From Eledone cirrhosa (Eukaryota), in the NCBI GenBank assembly GCA_964016885.1, contig OZ024761.1, forward strand, positions 13,950,001 through 14,014,000: a DNA stretch of 64,000 bases, in the 5' to 3' direction. The translations under genes were made by a program, and so were the position numbers. Positions 29,123 to 40,103 of the stretch are shown here, in pieces. The notes beneath the pieces are model-generated. The model saw only the letters and a list, made by a program, of their open reading frames with translations, was not told where the DNA came from and made no database searches. Positions within the stretch are counted from its first letter, which is position 1, and every line of letters starts with the position of its first letter.

Positions 29123-29793
29123 GTATTACAAATACTACCAGGATTGAACGCCTGTCTCCATCTCCGTTTGATTGTCAAAATACATAGTAACATTCTCTAT
29201 TAGTCTTAATTCTATCAACTCTTCTATGATTTACCATTTAATATAAACTGCTATAGATAAAATGAGATTTCTTAATTCAATTCCCTAATGCATATACCAG
29301 CTGGCTACTAGCATTGATGTTATTCAGTAGAAGTCGAAATCTCCCCCTTCCTCAATTGACACTTTATAATTAATACTACTACACCAAATGACCAGCCCTG
29401 TCCATTGTTCAATTGGTCAAGTATAGATTAAAATAGGCACTCCCAAAAATTCTTATTTAGATAAAATAAACCATTTACTCATTGTATTCTCATTAGAAAC
29501 CCTTTATATACTTGTTTAGCAGTAAATTGAATTACCATCTGTCATATACTATCCCCTCTTTTCTTCCTCTATTACCACTAATATAAATACTTCAATTTTT
29601 CTGATTTTATCCAATTTATCCAATATCTCTGAAGAAGTGACAACTGATTATACATTTGCTATCGAATACTTGCTAACATTATATGATTACGCAAGCAGCG
29701 ATACATAGGTATTCTGTCTGTTACAGAAACATATGTCAATACCTAATAAATTCCTTTTTTTTAAAAAAAGCACTTTCATTTTATATTCATCTT

Positions 29794-29831
<38 letters not shown>

Positions 29832-30218
29832 ATGTATGACCCCGACGGCAGAGCTCAGGCCGTTTCGATGGCTATGGAAACGGCTTGAGCTCTGCCGTCG
29901 GGGTCATACATTTTCCTATTACCCACTCTACTACCCTAAGTATTGAGTACTCTGGTGCGTTATGGTCCATCTGATTCCTTACCACAACTCCTTCGTTATA
30001 TATATATATATATATATATATACATACATATATATATATGTGTGTGTGTATGTGTATATATATATATATATGTGTATGTATATATATATACATGTGAGTA
30101 TGTATATATATATATATATACACCCACACATAATATTGACACTAATACACACACACTTCACTTTGTGTTCCAAAATCGTTAACAAGAGTACATAATGGTT
30201 TGTCTTGTTTACTTTCAT

Positions 30219-30418
30219 TGGTGGATTGGCAGTATCGGTAGAGGGTCGGACGCCATGCTTTGACACACAGAGTTACGGCCCTTGCCATTCTGAGTTCAAA
30301 TCCCGGCGAGGTTAACTTTGTCTTTCATCCTTACGGGGGTCGATAAAATAAAGTACCAGTAATACACTGGGATAATTGCTGGCCTTGTGCCAAAAGTAGA
30401 AATAATTATTATTATTAT
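30219..30418 (+). mobile_element. tRNA-derived SINE, same family
   Basis: Same A/B boxes and core. Confidence 0.85.
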
Positions 30419-30439
30419 ATTTCTTTTTTTACTTGGGTC

Positions 30440-32257
30440 ATGACAATAAGCACCCAGTCCACACTGTAAAGTGGTCATGTAAGTGACACGATAATAAGCA
30501 CCCAGTCCACACTGTAAAGTGGTCATGTAAGTGACACGACAATAAGCACCCAGTCCACACTGTAAAGTGGTCATGTAAGTGACACGACAATAAGCACCCA
30601 GTCCACACTGTAAAGTGGTCATGTAAGTGACACGACAATAAGCACCCAGTCCACACTGTAAAGTGGTCATGTAAGTGACACGACAATAAGCACCCAGTCC
30701 ACACTGTAAAGTGGTCATGTAAGTGACACGATAATAAGCACCCAGTCCACACTGTAAAGTGGTCATGTAAGTGACACGACAATAAGCACCCAGTCCACAC
30801 TGTAAAGTGGTCATGTAAGTGTCACGATAATAAGCACCCAGTCCACACTGTAAAGTGGTCATGTAAGTGACACGACAATAAGCACCCAGTCCACACTGTA
30901 AAGTGGTCATGTAAGTGACACGACAATAAGCACCCAGCCCACACTGTAAAGTGGTCATATAGGTGACACGATAATAAGCACCCAGTCCACACTGTAAAGT
31001 GGTCATGTAAGTGACACAATAATAAGCACCCAGTCCACACTGTAAAGTGGTCGTGTAGGTGTCACAATAATAAGCACCCAGTCCACACTGTAAAGTGGTC
31101 ATGTAAGTGACACAATAATAAGCACCCAGTCCACACTGTAAAGTGGTCGTGTAGGTGTCACAATAATAAGCACCCAGTCCACACTGTAAAGTGGTCATGT
31201 AGGTGTCACAATAATAAGCACCCAGTCCACACTGTAAAGTGGTCGGGTAGGTGTCACAATAATAAGCACCCAGTCCACACTGTAAAGTGGTCATGTAGGT
31301 GTCACAATAATAAGCACCCAGTCCACACTGTAAAGTGGTCGGGTAGGTGACACAATAATAAGCACCTAGTCCACACTGTAAAGTGGTGATGTAGGTGTCA
31401 CGATAATAAGCACCCAGTCCACACTGTAAAGTGGTCATGTAGGTGTCACGATAATAAGCACCCAGTCCACACTGTAAAGTGGTCATGTAGGTGTCACAAT
31501 AATAAGCACCCAGTCCACACTGTAAAGTGGTCATATAGGTGACACGATAATAAGCACCCAGTCCACACTGTAAAGTGGTCGTGTAGGTGTCACGATAATA
31601 AGCACCCAGTCCACACTGTAAAGTGGTCATGTAGGTGTCACGATAATAAGCACCCAGTCCACACTGTAAAGTGGTCATGTAGGTGTCACAATAATAAGCA
31701 CCCAGTCCACACTGTAAAGTGGTCATATAGGTGACACGATAATAAGCACCCAGTCCACACTGTAAAGTGGTCGTGTAGGTGTCACGATAATAAGCACCCA
31801 GTCCACACTGTAAAGTGGTCATATAGGTGACACGATAATAAGCACCCAGTCCACACTGTAAAGTGGTCATATAGGTGACACGATAATAAGCACCCAGTCC
31901 ACACTGTAAAGTGGTCATGTAAGTGACACGATAATAAGCACCCAGTCCACACTGTAAAGTGGTCGGGTAGGTGACACGATAATAAGCACCCAGTCCACAC
32001 TGTAAAGTGGTCGGGTAGGTGACACGATAATAAGCACCCAGTCCACACTGTAAAGTGGTCGGGTAGGTGACACGATAATAAGCACCCAGTCCACACTGTA
32101 AAGTGTTCATGTAGGTGTCACGATAATAAGCACCCACTCCACACTGTAAAGTGGTCGTGTAGGTGTCACGACAATAAGCACCCAGTCCACACTGTAAAGT
32201 GGTCGGGTAGGTGTCACGACAATAAGCACCCAGTCCACACTGTAAAGTGGTCGGGTA
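30440..32257. repeat. 48-bp satellite, about 38 copies, derived from the RTE UTR module
   Basis: Unit aataagcacccagtccacactgtaaagtggtcatgtaagtgacacgac. Confidence 0.97.
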
Positions 32258-32267
32258 GCTGTCTATC

Positions 32268-32365
32268 CTGAAGAAGGGCTAAAGCCCGACATGTCGACCT
32301 TTGTTTCCCCTTTTCCATATCAAGTGTGAAACTAATAAGACTTTTTGTACCTCTGTTTTGTCATT
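32268..32365 (+). pseudogene. Decayed minimal hammerhead unit (second copy at about 17620-17760, minus strand)
   Basis: ctgaaga agggctaaagccc ga--catgtc lacks two A of GAAA. The downstream sequence is shared with 17620-17700. Confidence 0.5.
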
Positions 32366-32503
32366 TCATTGAACTCTCTCTCTCTCTTTCTCTCTCTCTT
32401 TATATATATATATATACGTAGGTCCCGGGTTGAGTCGGGGATAACCACAGTAAGTAAGGTACTCAATACATGGCAGAGTAAAATTTTTTATTTTATAGAA
32501 TTA

Positions 32504-32552
32504 GCTTCTACAGGACTAGTACTGTTTCATTCAGATGAAATCTTCAGGAAGC
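32504..32552 (-). ncRNA. Type I hammerhead ribozyme in a dispersed unit (32420-32555)
   Basis: Minus strand: gcttc CUGAAGA t-ttca..tgaa-t GAA acag-tactagtc-ctgt a gaagc. Confidence 0.75.
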
Positions 32553-32835
32553 ACATATATATATATATATATATATGATGTATATGTATGTCTATGTATA
32601 TGTATGTATATGTATATATATGTATATGTATATATATGTATTTATATATATATATATGTGTATTTATATATATATATACGTATTTATATACATATGTGTA
32701 TATATCTATGTATATATCTATGTATATATCTATGTATATATCTATCTATATATATATGTATATATCTATGTATATATCTATCTATATATATGTATATATC
32801 TATGTATATCTATATATTTATGCATACATATATAT

Positions 32836-32888
<53 letters not shown>

Positions 32889-33136
32889 GCATGTCCCTAA
32901 ATCCTGGACACATATGCAAGATGTATATTTTCAATAAAAACAACACACAACAACAATTATAACAACAAGACTTTATAGCAATGACAGCTGTGGTGTTTGT
33001 GCCATAGAATTTAATGAAATAACTTCACTGTTATTACTAAAGTTTGTATAAAAGGATAGGAGAGGAGATTGAATCTGGGTCACAAACACAAGAGCTTACC
33101 ACCTACACAAAACCACTTATTGTTTGTATATGTGTA

Positions 33137-33374
33137 TCATCATCATCATCATCGTTTAACGTCCATCTTCCACGCTAGCATGAGTTAGACGAGGAATGTC
33201 ACACTTGAGGCAAGATCGGTCGGGCGACCGTGTCTCGATTGTATAGGACTGTATCTGGCAGGTTTTCTATGGCTGGATGCCCTTCCTAACACCAACCACA
33301 CTTACAGTGTGGACTGGGAGCCTTTTTACGTCTTTCCTTCACGACCACTTTACAGCATGGACTGGGGTTTCTTT

Positions 33375-33375
<1 letters not shown>
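33137..33375 (-). mobile_element. RTE 3' UTR or RTE-derived SINE
   Basis: Same module and (cat)n tail on the minus strand. Confidence 0.8.
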
Positions 33376-33436
<61 letters not shown>

Positions 33437-33504
33437 GACATACACACGCACACACATACATACACACACACACACACTTATAGATATTATATATATATAT
33501 ATAG

Positions 33505-33693
33505 TGGCGGTGGATTGGCAGTATCGGTAGAGGGTCGGACGCCATGCTTTCCAGCATAGTTACGTCCCTTTACGATCTGAGTTCAAATCCCGCCGAGGTT
33601 GACTTTGCCTTTCATCCTTACGGGGTCGATAAAATAAAGTACCAGAAAAGAACTGGGTAATTGCTGGCCTTGTGCCTAAAGTAGAAACAATTA
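33505..33693 (+). mobile_element. tRNA-derived SINE, same family
   Basis: Same A/B boxes and core. Confidence 0.85.
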
Positions 33694-33732
33694 TATATAT
33701 ATATATATATAAATAATAATATATATACACAG

Positions 33733-33779
<47 letters not shown>

Positions 33780-33817
33780 AATCAGAATGGATGCAGTAAA
33801 AACCTGTTAGACCATTA

Positions 33818-34288
33818 CTCACCATCGTACTTGGTACCTGGGGTAGTAGAGTGTGGTAATCTCACCATCGTACTTGGTACCTGGGGTAGTAGAGTGTGGT
33901 AATCTCACCATCGTACTTGGTACCTGGGGTAGTAGAGTGTGGTAATCTCACCATCGTACTTGGTACCTGGGGTAGTAGAGTGTGGTAATCTCACCATCGT
34001 ACTTGGTACCTGGGGTAGTAGAGTGTGGTAATCTCACCATCGTACTTGGTGCCTGGGGTAGTAGAGTGTGGTAATCTCACCATCGTACTTGGTACCTGGG
34101 GTAGTAGAGTGTGGTAATCTCACCATCGTACTTGGTACCTGGGGTAGTAGAGTGGTAATCTCACCATCGTACTTGGTACCTGGGGTAGTAGAGTGTGGTA
34201 ATCTCACCATCGTACTTGGTGCCTGGGGTAGTAGAGTGTGGTAATCTCACCATCGTACTTGGTACCTGGGGTAGTAGAGTGTGGTAAT
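33818..34288. repeat. 43-bp minisatellite, about 11 copies
   Basis: Unit ctcaccatcgtacttggtacctggggtagtagagtgtggtaat. Confidence 0.95.
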
Positions 34289-34994
34289 ATGAAGGTCTTG
34301 TGGATCCCGATAACTGAGCTTCTGCCGTTTCAACAGCTATTCACGAACTGTTCGAAAATAGCTGTTGAAACAGCAGGTGCTCAGTTGTGGAGGTCCCGAA
34401 TCCTTCATATATATATGTGTGTGCCTGCGCATGTAGGCGTACGTGTGTGTATGCATAGATAGGTATGTGTCTGCATGTGTGTGTGTTTATGTGTGTATTT
34501 TAGTATGTGTGGGTGCTTACTCTGAAGTGTGAGCAGACGTGTGAAGTACTGAACCCAGCATGACTCCATTGAAATGTCTCGGACGGAAAATGGTTGATGA
34601 ACCGTGTGGCAGCAGATACTGACCAGAACTTGTGATGACGTGGAGTAGAAACAGCCAATGGCATGACAAGAGTGGAAATAGGGTTTTTGGAGGGGTTGTT
34701 TTGATGATAACACCCCAGTGATAAAATTTGCTCCGGACGTAACACCCGTGTTTGAAAGAACCCGCAGAAGTAGAATCAGCCAGATCCATACAAGGACCGT
34801 GACTCGAGCTACATGCCGGCGAAACATTTGTAACATGAAATAAAGTCCAGATGCAGCACTGATTTTTCGTTTTTTTAATAATATCTACATTCTACTCTGA
34901 TGAATATCGAGTGCTAATTTTGGCATACCGCCTATGGAAGCACCATAGCTACCACTATACTCAACTATATATATATATATATATATATATCTCT

Positions 34995-35322
34995 TCATCA
35001 TTACCATTTTACGTCCATTCTTTCATGCTAGCATGGGTTAGACAGGTTGTCCTGTTCTGGGCAGTGTCTGGTCGGCTGACCTTGTCTTGCTCAAACGGCA
35101 ACTGATTCTGGCTTGATTTCTACAGCTGGATGCTCTTCCTAACACCAACCTCATTTACAGTGAGTGCTGGGTGCCTTTTTGCCATGGCGCCTCCACGACC
35201 ACTTTTCAGTGGGAGGGGATGGGGGCTAATTGTCTATATGCTTCAGCTTCGGCTTGTACTCGTGGGAAGTCAGGTCTTCTGTATTACTGCGTGATGCCAG
35301 AGGTCATGGTCCTGTTTCATCA
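34995..35322 (-). mobile_element. RTE family B 3' fragment
   Basis: Matches 25698-26030. Confidence 0.8.
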
Positions 35323-35324
35323 CG

Positions 35325-35411
<87 letters not shown>

Positions 35412-35460
35412 TTATATATATATATATTTATATTTATATATATTTATATATATATATATT

Positions 35461-35521
<61 letters not shown>

Positions 35522-35661
35522 ATATTTATATATGCAAAAGTTTTATTTAAGATTGTTGGGTTACGAGTAAATATTTTATAACTGATATAAAAGCACTCAA
35601 CAGTTTCTGGAGTAGGTTTACGATATTAAACAAATGGAAACTATATTTATAAAACCATATT

Positions 35662-35727
35662 TATTTCGTTATATATATTTCAGGGATATCATATTAAAAA
35701 TATGGTATGCCTTCCTCAGACAAAATA
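35662..35727 (-). ncRNA. Type I hammerhead ribozyme (left arm of palindrome)
   Basis: Inverted copy of 35875-35940, with stem I tattttgt/acgaaata. Confidence 0.75.
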
Positions 35728-35874
35728 CAATACATAAGCTGTTTTATAAATAATTTTTGACATACCTTATAAATAATGCAACTTCCATTTAAAAAGTCAA
35801 ATCAACTTTTTAAATGGAAGTTGCATTATTTATAAGGTATGTCAAAAATTATTTATAAAACAGCTTATGTATTG

Positions 35875-35940
35875 TATTTTGTCTGAGGAAGGCATACCAT
35901 ATTTTTAATATGATATCCCTGAAATATATATAACAAAATA
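35875..35940 (+). ncRNA. Type I hammerhead ribozyme (right arm of palindrome)
   Basis: tattttgt CUGAGGA ... GAA atatatat a acaaaata. Compensatory G-C for A-U in stem I relative to the 48235 copy. Confidence 0.78.
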
Positions 35941-36789
35941 AATATGGTTTTATAAATATAGTTTCCATTTGTTTAATATCGTATATATTTATATATATAT
36001 ATTTATATATATATTTATATATATATATATTTATATATATATATATTTATATATATATTTATATTTATATATATTTATATATATTTATATATATATTTAT
36101 ATATATATATATATTTATATATATATTTATATATATATTTATATTTATATATGTGTGTATGTGTATATACATATGTGTATGTGTGTGTATATGTATATCT
36201 CAGTGGATGCGACCAGATTTCAACACAGCAACAACTACAACAACAACAGCAGCAACACCAACAACAACAACAACAACAGCAACAACACCATCGTCTGTGT
36301 TGAATGTGTGTGTATGTATTTGTATATATGCGACAGCAATAACAGCATCAACACCATTGTCTGCAGCAACAGCAGCAGTGAAATGAAGGACAACAACAAC
36401 AGTAACAACTACAGCACCAACAACTGCCACCACCATCACTGACCATCCACCACCACCACGCTGATACCATCCACCACCACCACACTGACACCATCCACCA
36501 CCGCCATTACCAGCGTAAACAAACAATTATTATTGTTATTGTTATTATATACTAGCCGAACTGGACTGGGAAAGGTCAACAGTTGACAAGATAGTGATTT
36601 TGACGATTTTGATTTTGATTTTGATTTTGACTTTGATTTTGATTTTGTATCAGTACTGTCGGTAATATATGTATATATATATATATGTTTGTGAGTGGTG
36701 TGCGTGATTGTATGCATGAATGAGTGTTGGTATGTGTGGTTGTGGTTTGTATGCATGAGTATTAGTGTGTGAGTCGTGTCAATAAGTTT

Positions 36790-36819
<30 letters not shown>

Positions 36820-36822
<3 letters not shown>

Positions 36823-39800
36823 GACCATGCTGTAAAATGGAGGGGTAGAGAGGGCCCTTGAGTCTAGTAAGACATCCTCTCTAGTGCTGGTGGCACAAAT
36901 AAAAGCACCCAGTCCATGCTGTAAAGTGGCGCTGGTGTTAGGAAGGGCATCCAACCAGTGTATCAATGCCAAAAAGCTTATCAGCACAGCAACAAAACAG
37001 CATAGAAAAATATGAAGACGTCGCATCTCAGAGTTGCAACACTTAATGTTGGCACTCTCAGAGGTAGGTCTGCTGAAATAGCGGAGATGCTGGAGAGAAG
37101 GCAGGTGGATGTGTGCTGCGTGCAAGAGGTGAGATGGAGGGGTGCCTCTGCGAGACTAGTCGTAGGCAAGCGTCTTAGCTATAAGCTATTCTGGGTAGGT
37201 AAGGATGATGGGTTAGGGGGAGTAGGCATTTTCCTGGCTGAGAAATGGATCAATAAGACAATAGAGGTAGTTCGAGTTAGTAATCGAATAATTAAGCTTA
37301 GATTAGTTGTAGGTAGGAGACTACTGACAATCATCTCGGTCTATGCTCCCCAAGCAGGCCTAGGCAAAGATGAGAAAGACTGCTTTTATGAGCAACTTTT
37401 GCAAACAACCACAATGACAGAGGACGGAGACATCGTTATGCTAGCAGGAGACTTCAATGGTCATGTTGGACAGCTCCAGGATGGTTACACTGGGGTACAT
37501 GGTGGGCACGGTTACGGTTCAAGAAATGAAGAAGGAGTGAGACTTCTTGAATTTTGTGATGCAAGTACATTGACTATTTGCAACACAAACTTCCAGAAAC
37601 CTGCCAATCACCTAATAACCTACAAATCTGGTGAGCACATAAGCCAGATTGACTTCCTGCTAGTTAGGCAGCGGGACAGGCAGATAGTGTCTAATACCAA
37701 GGCATACCCTGGGGAAGAATGTACCCCACAGCATAGGTTAGTTGTTAGTGATATCTCAGTAAGCAAGAGATGGAATGAGACATATAGGAAGGTGTGGAGA
37801 AGAAAGGTCTGGAAGCTAAAAGACCTTTCACTAAAATTCAAATTTAGGAAAGCCCTTCAAGATGTATATGACGAAAAAGAAGACGATTTAGAGACGTATG
37901 ACATAGATAATAACTGGAAGTTCTTACGTGACAACTTGCTGAAGGCTACTGATGAAACCTGTGGCTGGAGCAGAGCTCCAACCAGACAGAGAGTGACCTG
38001 GTGGTGGAACAGCAGTGTAGATAAGGCTATTAGAGACAAAAGACTAGCATGGAAGGCTTGGAATAAGGGTGGGAGTAGGGAAGAATATACAGCCACTAAG
38101 AGAGAAGCTAGACGTCAGGTGTACTTAGCACGCAGGGAGGCAGAGAGTAGGAGGTTTGCCAATGTTCTGCGACGGGAAGATCAGAGGCGTGCGGTGTTCC
38201 ACATTGCAAGGCAGTGTGTCAATGCAAATCAGGATGTTGTTGGTGATAAATGTGTCCGGGATGATGCCGGTGTACTTAGTGTCACGAATGACCAGAAAAA
38301 GGAGGCCTGGAAATGTCATTATGAGAGACTGATGAATGTGGAGAACGAATGGGAGAGAGAGAAATTACCCTTGGTAGATCCGACAGAGGGACCAGCTATT
38401 GAGATTGACGAATATAGGGTCCAAGAGGCGATTAGGGAAATGAAAAATGGTAAGGCGGCCGGACCATCGGGAATAGTTGCTGAGATGCTGAAGGCATCAG
38501 GGGACGTAGGCACTAAACTGGTTGCACGCATAATCAATCAGGCTATATATGGTGGTGTCATACCCAAAGACTGGTGCAGCAGTATTCTCATAAATTGCTA
38601 CAAAGGTAAAGGGGATGCTTTGGAGAGGAGCAATTATAGGGGTATAAAACTGATAGATCAGGTTATGAAAGTGGCAGAAAGGATTCTAGCACAACTAATT
38701 AGAGAAAGGGTCAAACTAGATGAGATGCAGTTTGGTTTTGTGCCTGGGAAGAGTACAACAGATGCCCTCTTCTTGGTGAGACAAATGCAAGAGAGGTTCT
38801 TAGAGAAGAATAAGCCACTATACTTAGCCTTTGTTGACCTAGAGAAGGCCTTTGATAGGGTACCCCGATCTGTCATCTGGTGGTCCCTAAGGAAGCTGGG
38901 TGTTGAGGAATGGCTTGTAAGGACAGTGCAAACTTTGTACAGAGGTACTCTCAGTAAAGTCAGGGTAGGAATGGAGTTTAGTGAGGAATTCCAGATACAA
39001 GTAGGAGTACATCAGGGTTCGGTCCTCAGCCCGCTCTTGTTCATTATAGTCCTCCAAGCCATAACAGAGGAGTTTAAGACTGGCTGTCCATGGGAACTTC
39101 TCTATGCTGACGATCTGGCTCTTATGGCAGAATCAGTAGAGGAGCTAGAGAATAAATTCCGGCTATGGAAACAGCAGTTGGAAGCAAGAGGACTGAGAGT
39201 AAATCTAGCTAAGACAAAAGTGTTGATGAGTAGAAAAGAGGACAAAACCCTGATTCCGTCAGGGAAATGGCCATGTTCGATATGCAGAAAAGGAACTGGC
39301 ATAAATTCTATAAAATGCACACAATGTAGGTCCTGGGTACACAAGAGATGTAGCGGGATAGCAGGCAAACTAACAGGTAGGGAGAAATATGTATGCAGTA
39401 GATGTACAGGGAAATTAGACAGTAGAAGTCGCACTGATAGACACATTTTTCAAATGCGAGAGGGCGCTATAGAAGTGGTGGATAGCTTCCGGTACCTAGG
39501 AGATCAGATTAGCATGGGAGGAGGGTGTTCCGAGGCCATAGTATCTAGAATAAGGACGGGCTGGAAGAAGTTTAGGGAGCTGCTTCCTCTGTTGACGAAG
39601 AAGGGTTTCTCCCTGCGTACGAAAGGCCGGTTGTATGATGCCTGTGTGAGGAGCGCGATGCTGCATGGTAGTGAGACATGGGCAGCTACCGCAGAAGATA
39701 TGCGACGGCTGGAGAGAAATGAGGCAAGCATGCTCCGTTGGATGTGCAGTGTAAATGTGCGTGAACGACCCAGCATAAATGTGTTGAGAGAGAAACTGTG

Positions 39801-40103
39801 TCTGAGAGGGATAGAATGTAGTGTACGGGAGAGGAGACTGAGGTGGTATGGACATGTGATGCGCATGGAGGATGACCGATGGGTGAAGAAGTGCCAGGAA
39901 ATGCCAGTTGAAGGAAGACGTGGTAGAGGTAGACCACGAAAAACATGGGCGGAGGTGGTGAGAACAGACCTCAGATCATTGAAGCTCACGGTGGAGATGA
40001 CGAGGGACCGTGACGAGTGGAGAGATGCTGTGCTGAATAAGACCCGTCCCACCCTTGCAAGCAGGGAAAAGCGGACGTAAAATGATGATGATGATGATGA
40101 TGA
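36820..40103 (+). mobile_element. Apparently full-length RTE LINE, family A, with (GAT)n tail running into (TA)n
   Basis: About 190-nt leader after a poly-T run, intact ORF, stop immediately followed by aatgatgatgatg. The 5' boundary is uncertain. Confidence 0.9.
37012..40080 (+). CDS. RTE-clade non-LTR retrotransposon ORF (AP endonuclease, reverse transcriptase, PHD-like Cys/His finger), intact, 1022 aa
   Basis: APE motifs (TLNVGTL, VQEVRW, GDFNGHVG, SQIDF, QHRLV), RT motifs (FVDLEKAFDRV, GVHQGSVLSPLLF, LLYADDL, FRYLG) and RTE C-terminus (RRLRWYGHVMRM, GRGRPRKTW). No stops. Confidence 0.97.
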   Translation: MKTSHLRVATLNVGTLRGRSAEIAEMLERRQVDVCCVQEVRWRGASARLVVGKRLSYKLFWVGKDDGLGGVGIFLAEKWINKTIEVVRVSNRIIKLRLVVGRRLLTIISVYAPQAGLGKDEKDCFYEQLLQTTTMTEDGDIVMLAGDFNGHVGQLQDGYTGVHGGHGYGSRNEEGVRLLEFCDASTLTICNTNFQKPANHLITYKSGEHISQIDFLLVRQRDRQIVSNTKAYPGEECTPQHRLVVSDISVSKRWNETYRKVWRRKVWKLKDLSLKFKFRKALQDVYDEKEDDLETYDIDNNWKFLRDNLLKATDETCGWSRAPTRQRVTWWWNSSVDKAIRDKRLAWKAWNKGGSREEYTATKREARRQVYLARREAESRRFANVLRREDQRRAVFHIARQCVNANQDVVGDKCVRDDAGVLSVTNDQKKEAWKCHYERLMNVENEWEREKLPLVDPTEGPAIEIDEYRVQEAIREMKNGKAAGPSGIVAEMLKASGDVGTKLVARIINQAIYGGVIPKDWCSSILINCYKGKGDALERSNYRGIKLIDQVMKVAERILAQLIRERVKLDEMQFGFVPGKSTTDALFLVRQMQERFLEKNKPLYLAFVDLEKAFDRVPRSVIWWSLRKLGVEEWLVRTVQTLYRGTLSKVRVGMEFSEEFQIQVGVHQGSVLSPLLFIIVLQAITEEFKTGCPWELLYADDLALMAESVEELENKFRLWKQQLEARGLRVNLAKTKVLMSRKEDKTLIPSGKWPCSICRKGTGINSIKCTQCRSWVHKRCSGIAGKLTGREKYVCSRCTGKLDSRSRTDRHIFQMREGAIEVVDSFRYLGDQISMGGGCSEAIVSRIRTGWKKFRELLPLLTKKGFSLRTKGRLYDACVRSAMLHGSETWAATAEDMRRLERNEASMLRWMCSVNVRERPSINVLREKLCLRGIECSVRERRLRWYGHVMRMEDDRWVKKCQEMPVEGRRGRGRPRKTWAEVVRTDLRSLKLTVEMTRDRDEWRDAVLNKTRPTLASREKRT

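Noticed and set aside
30296-32137. 613-aa ORF of 16-aa repeats, and a possible CRISPR-like array
   Set aside because: Head-to-tail 48-bp satellite without unique spacers. The ORF runs into a SINE. No cas genes, and the context is eukaryotic.
33505-33693. tRNA gene
   Set aside because: A and B boxes are present, but the sequence continues into a shared SINE body and does not form a cloverleaf.
34500-34960. Non-repetitive segment with short ORFs and a ctgatga
   Set aside because: No recognisable protein motif and no completing GAAA or stems. Left unassigned.
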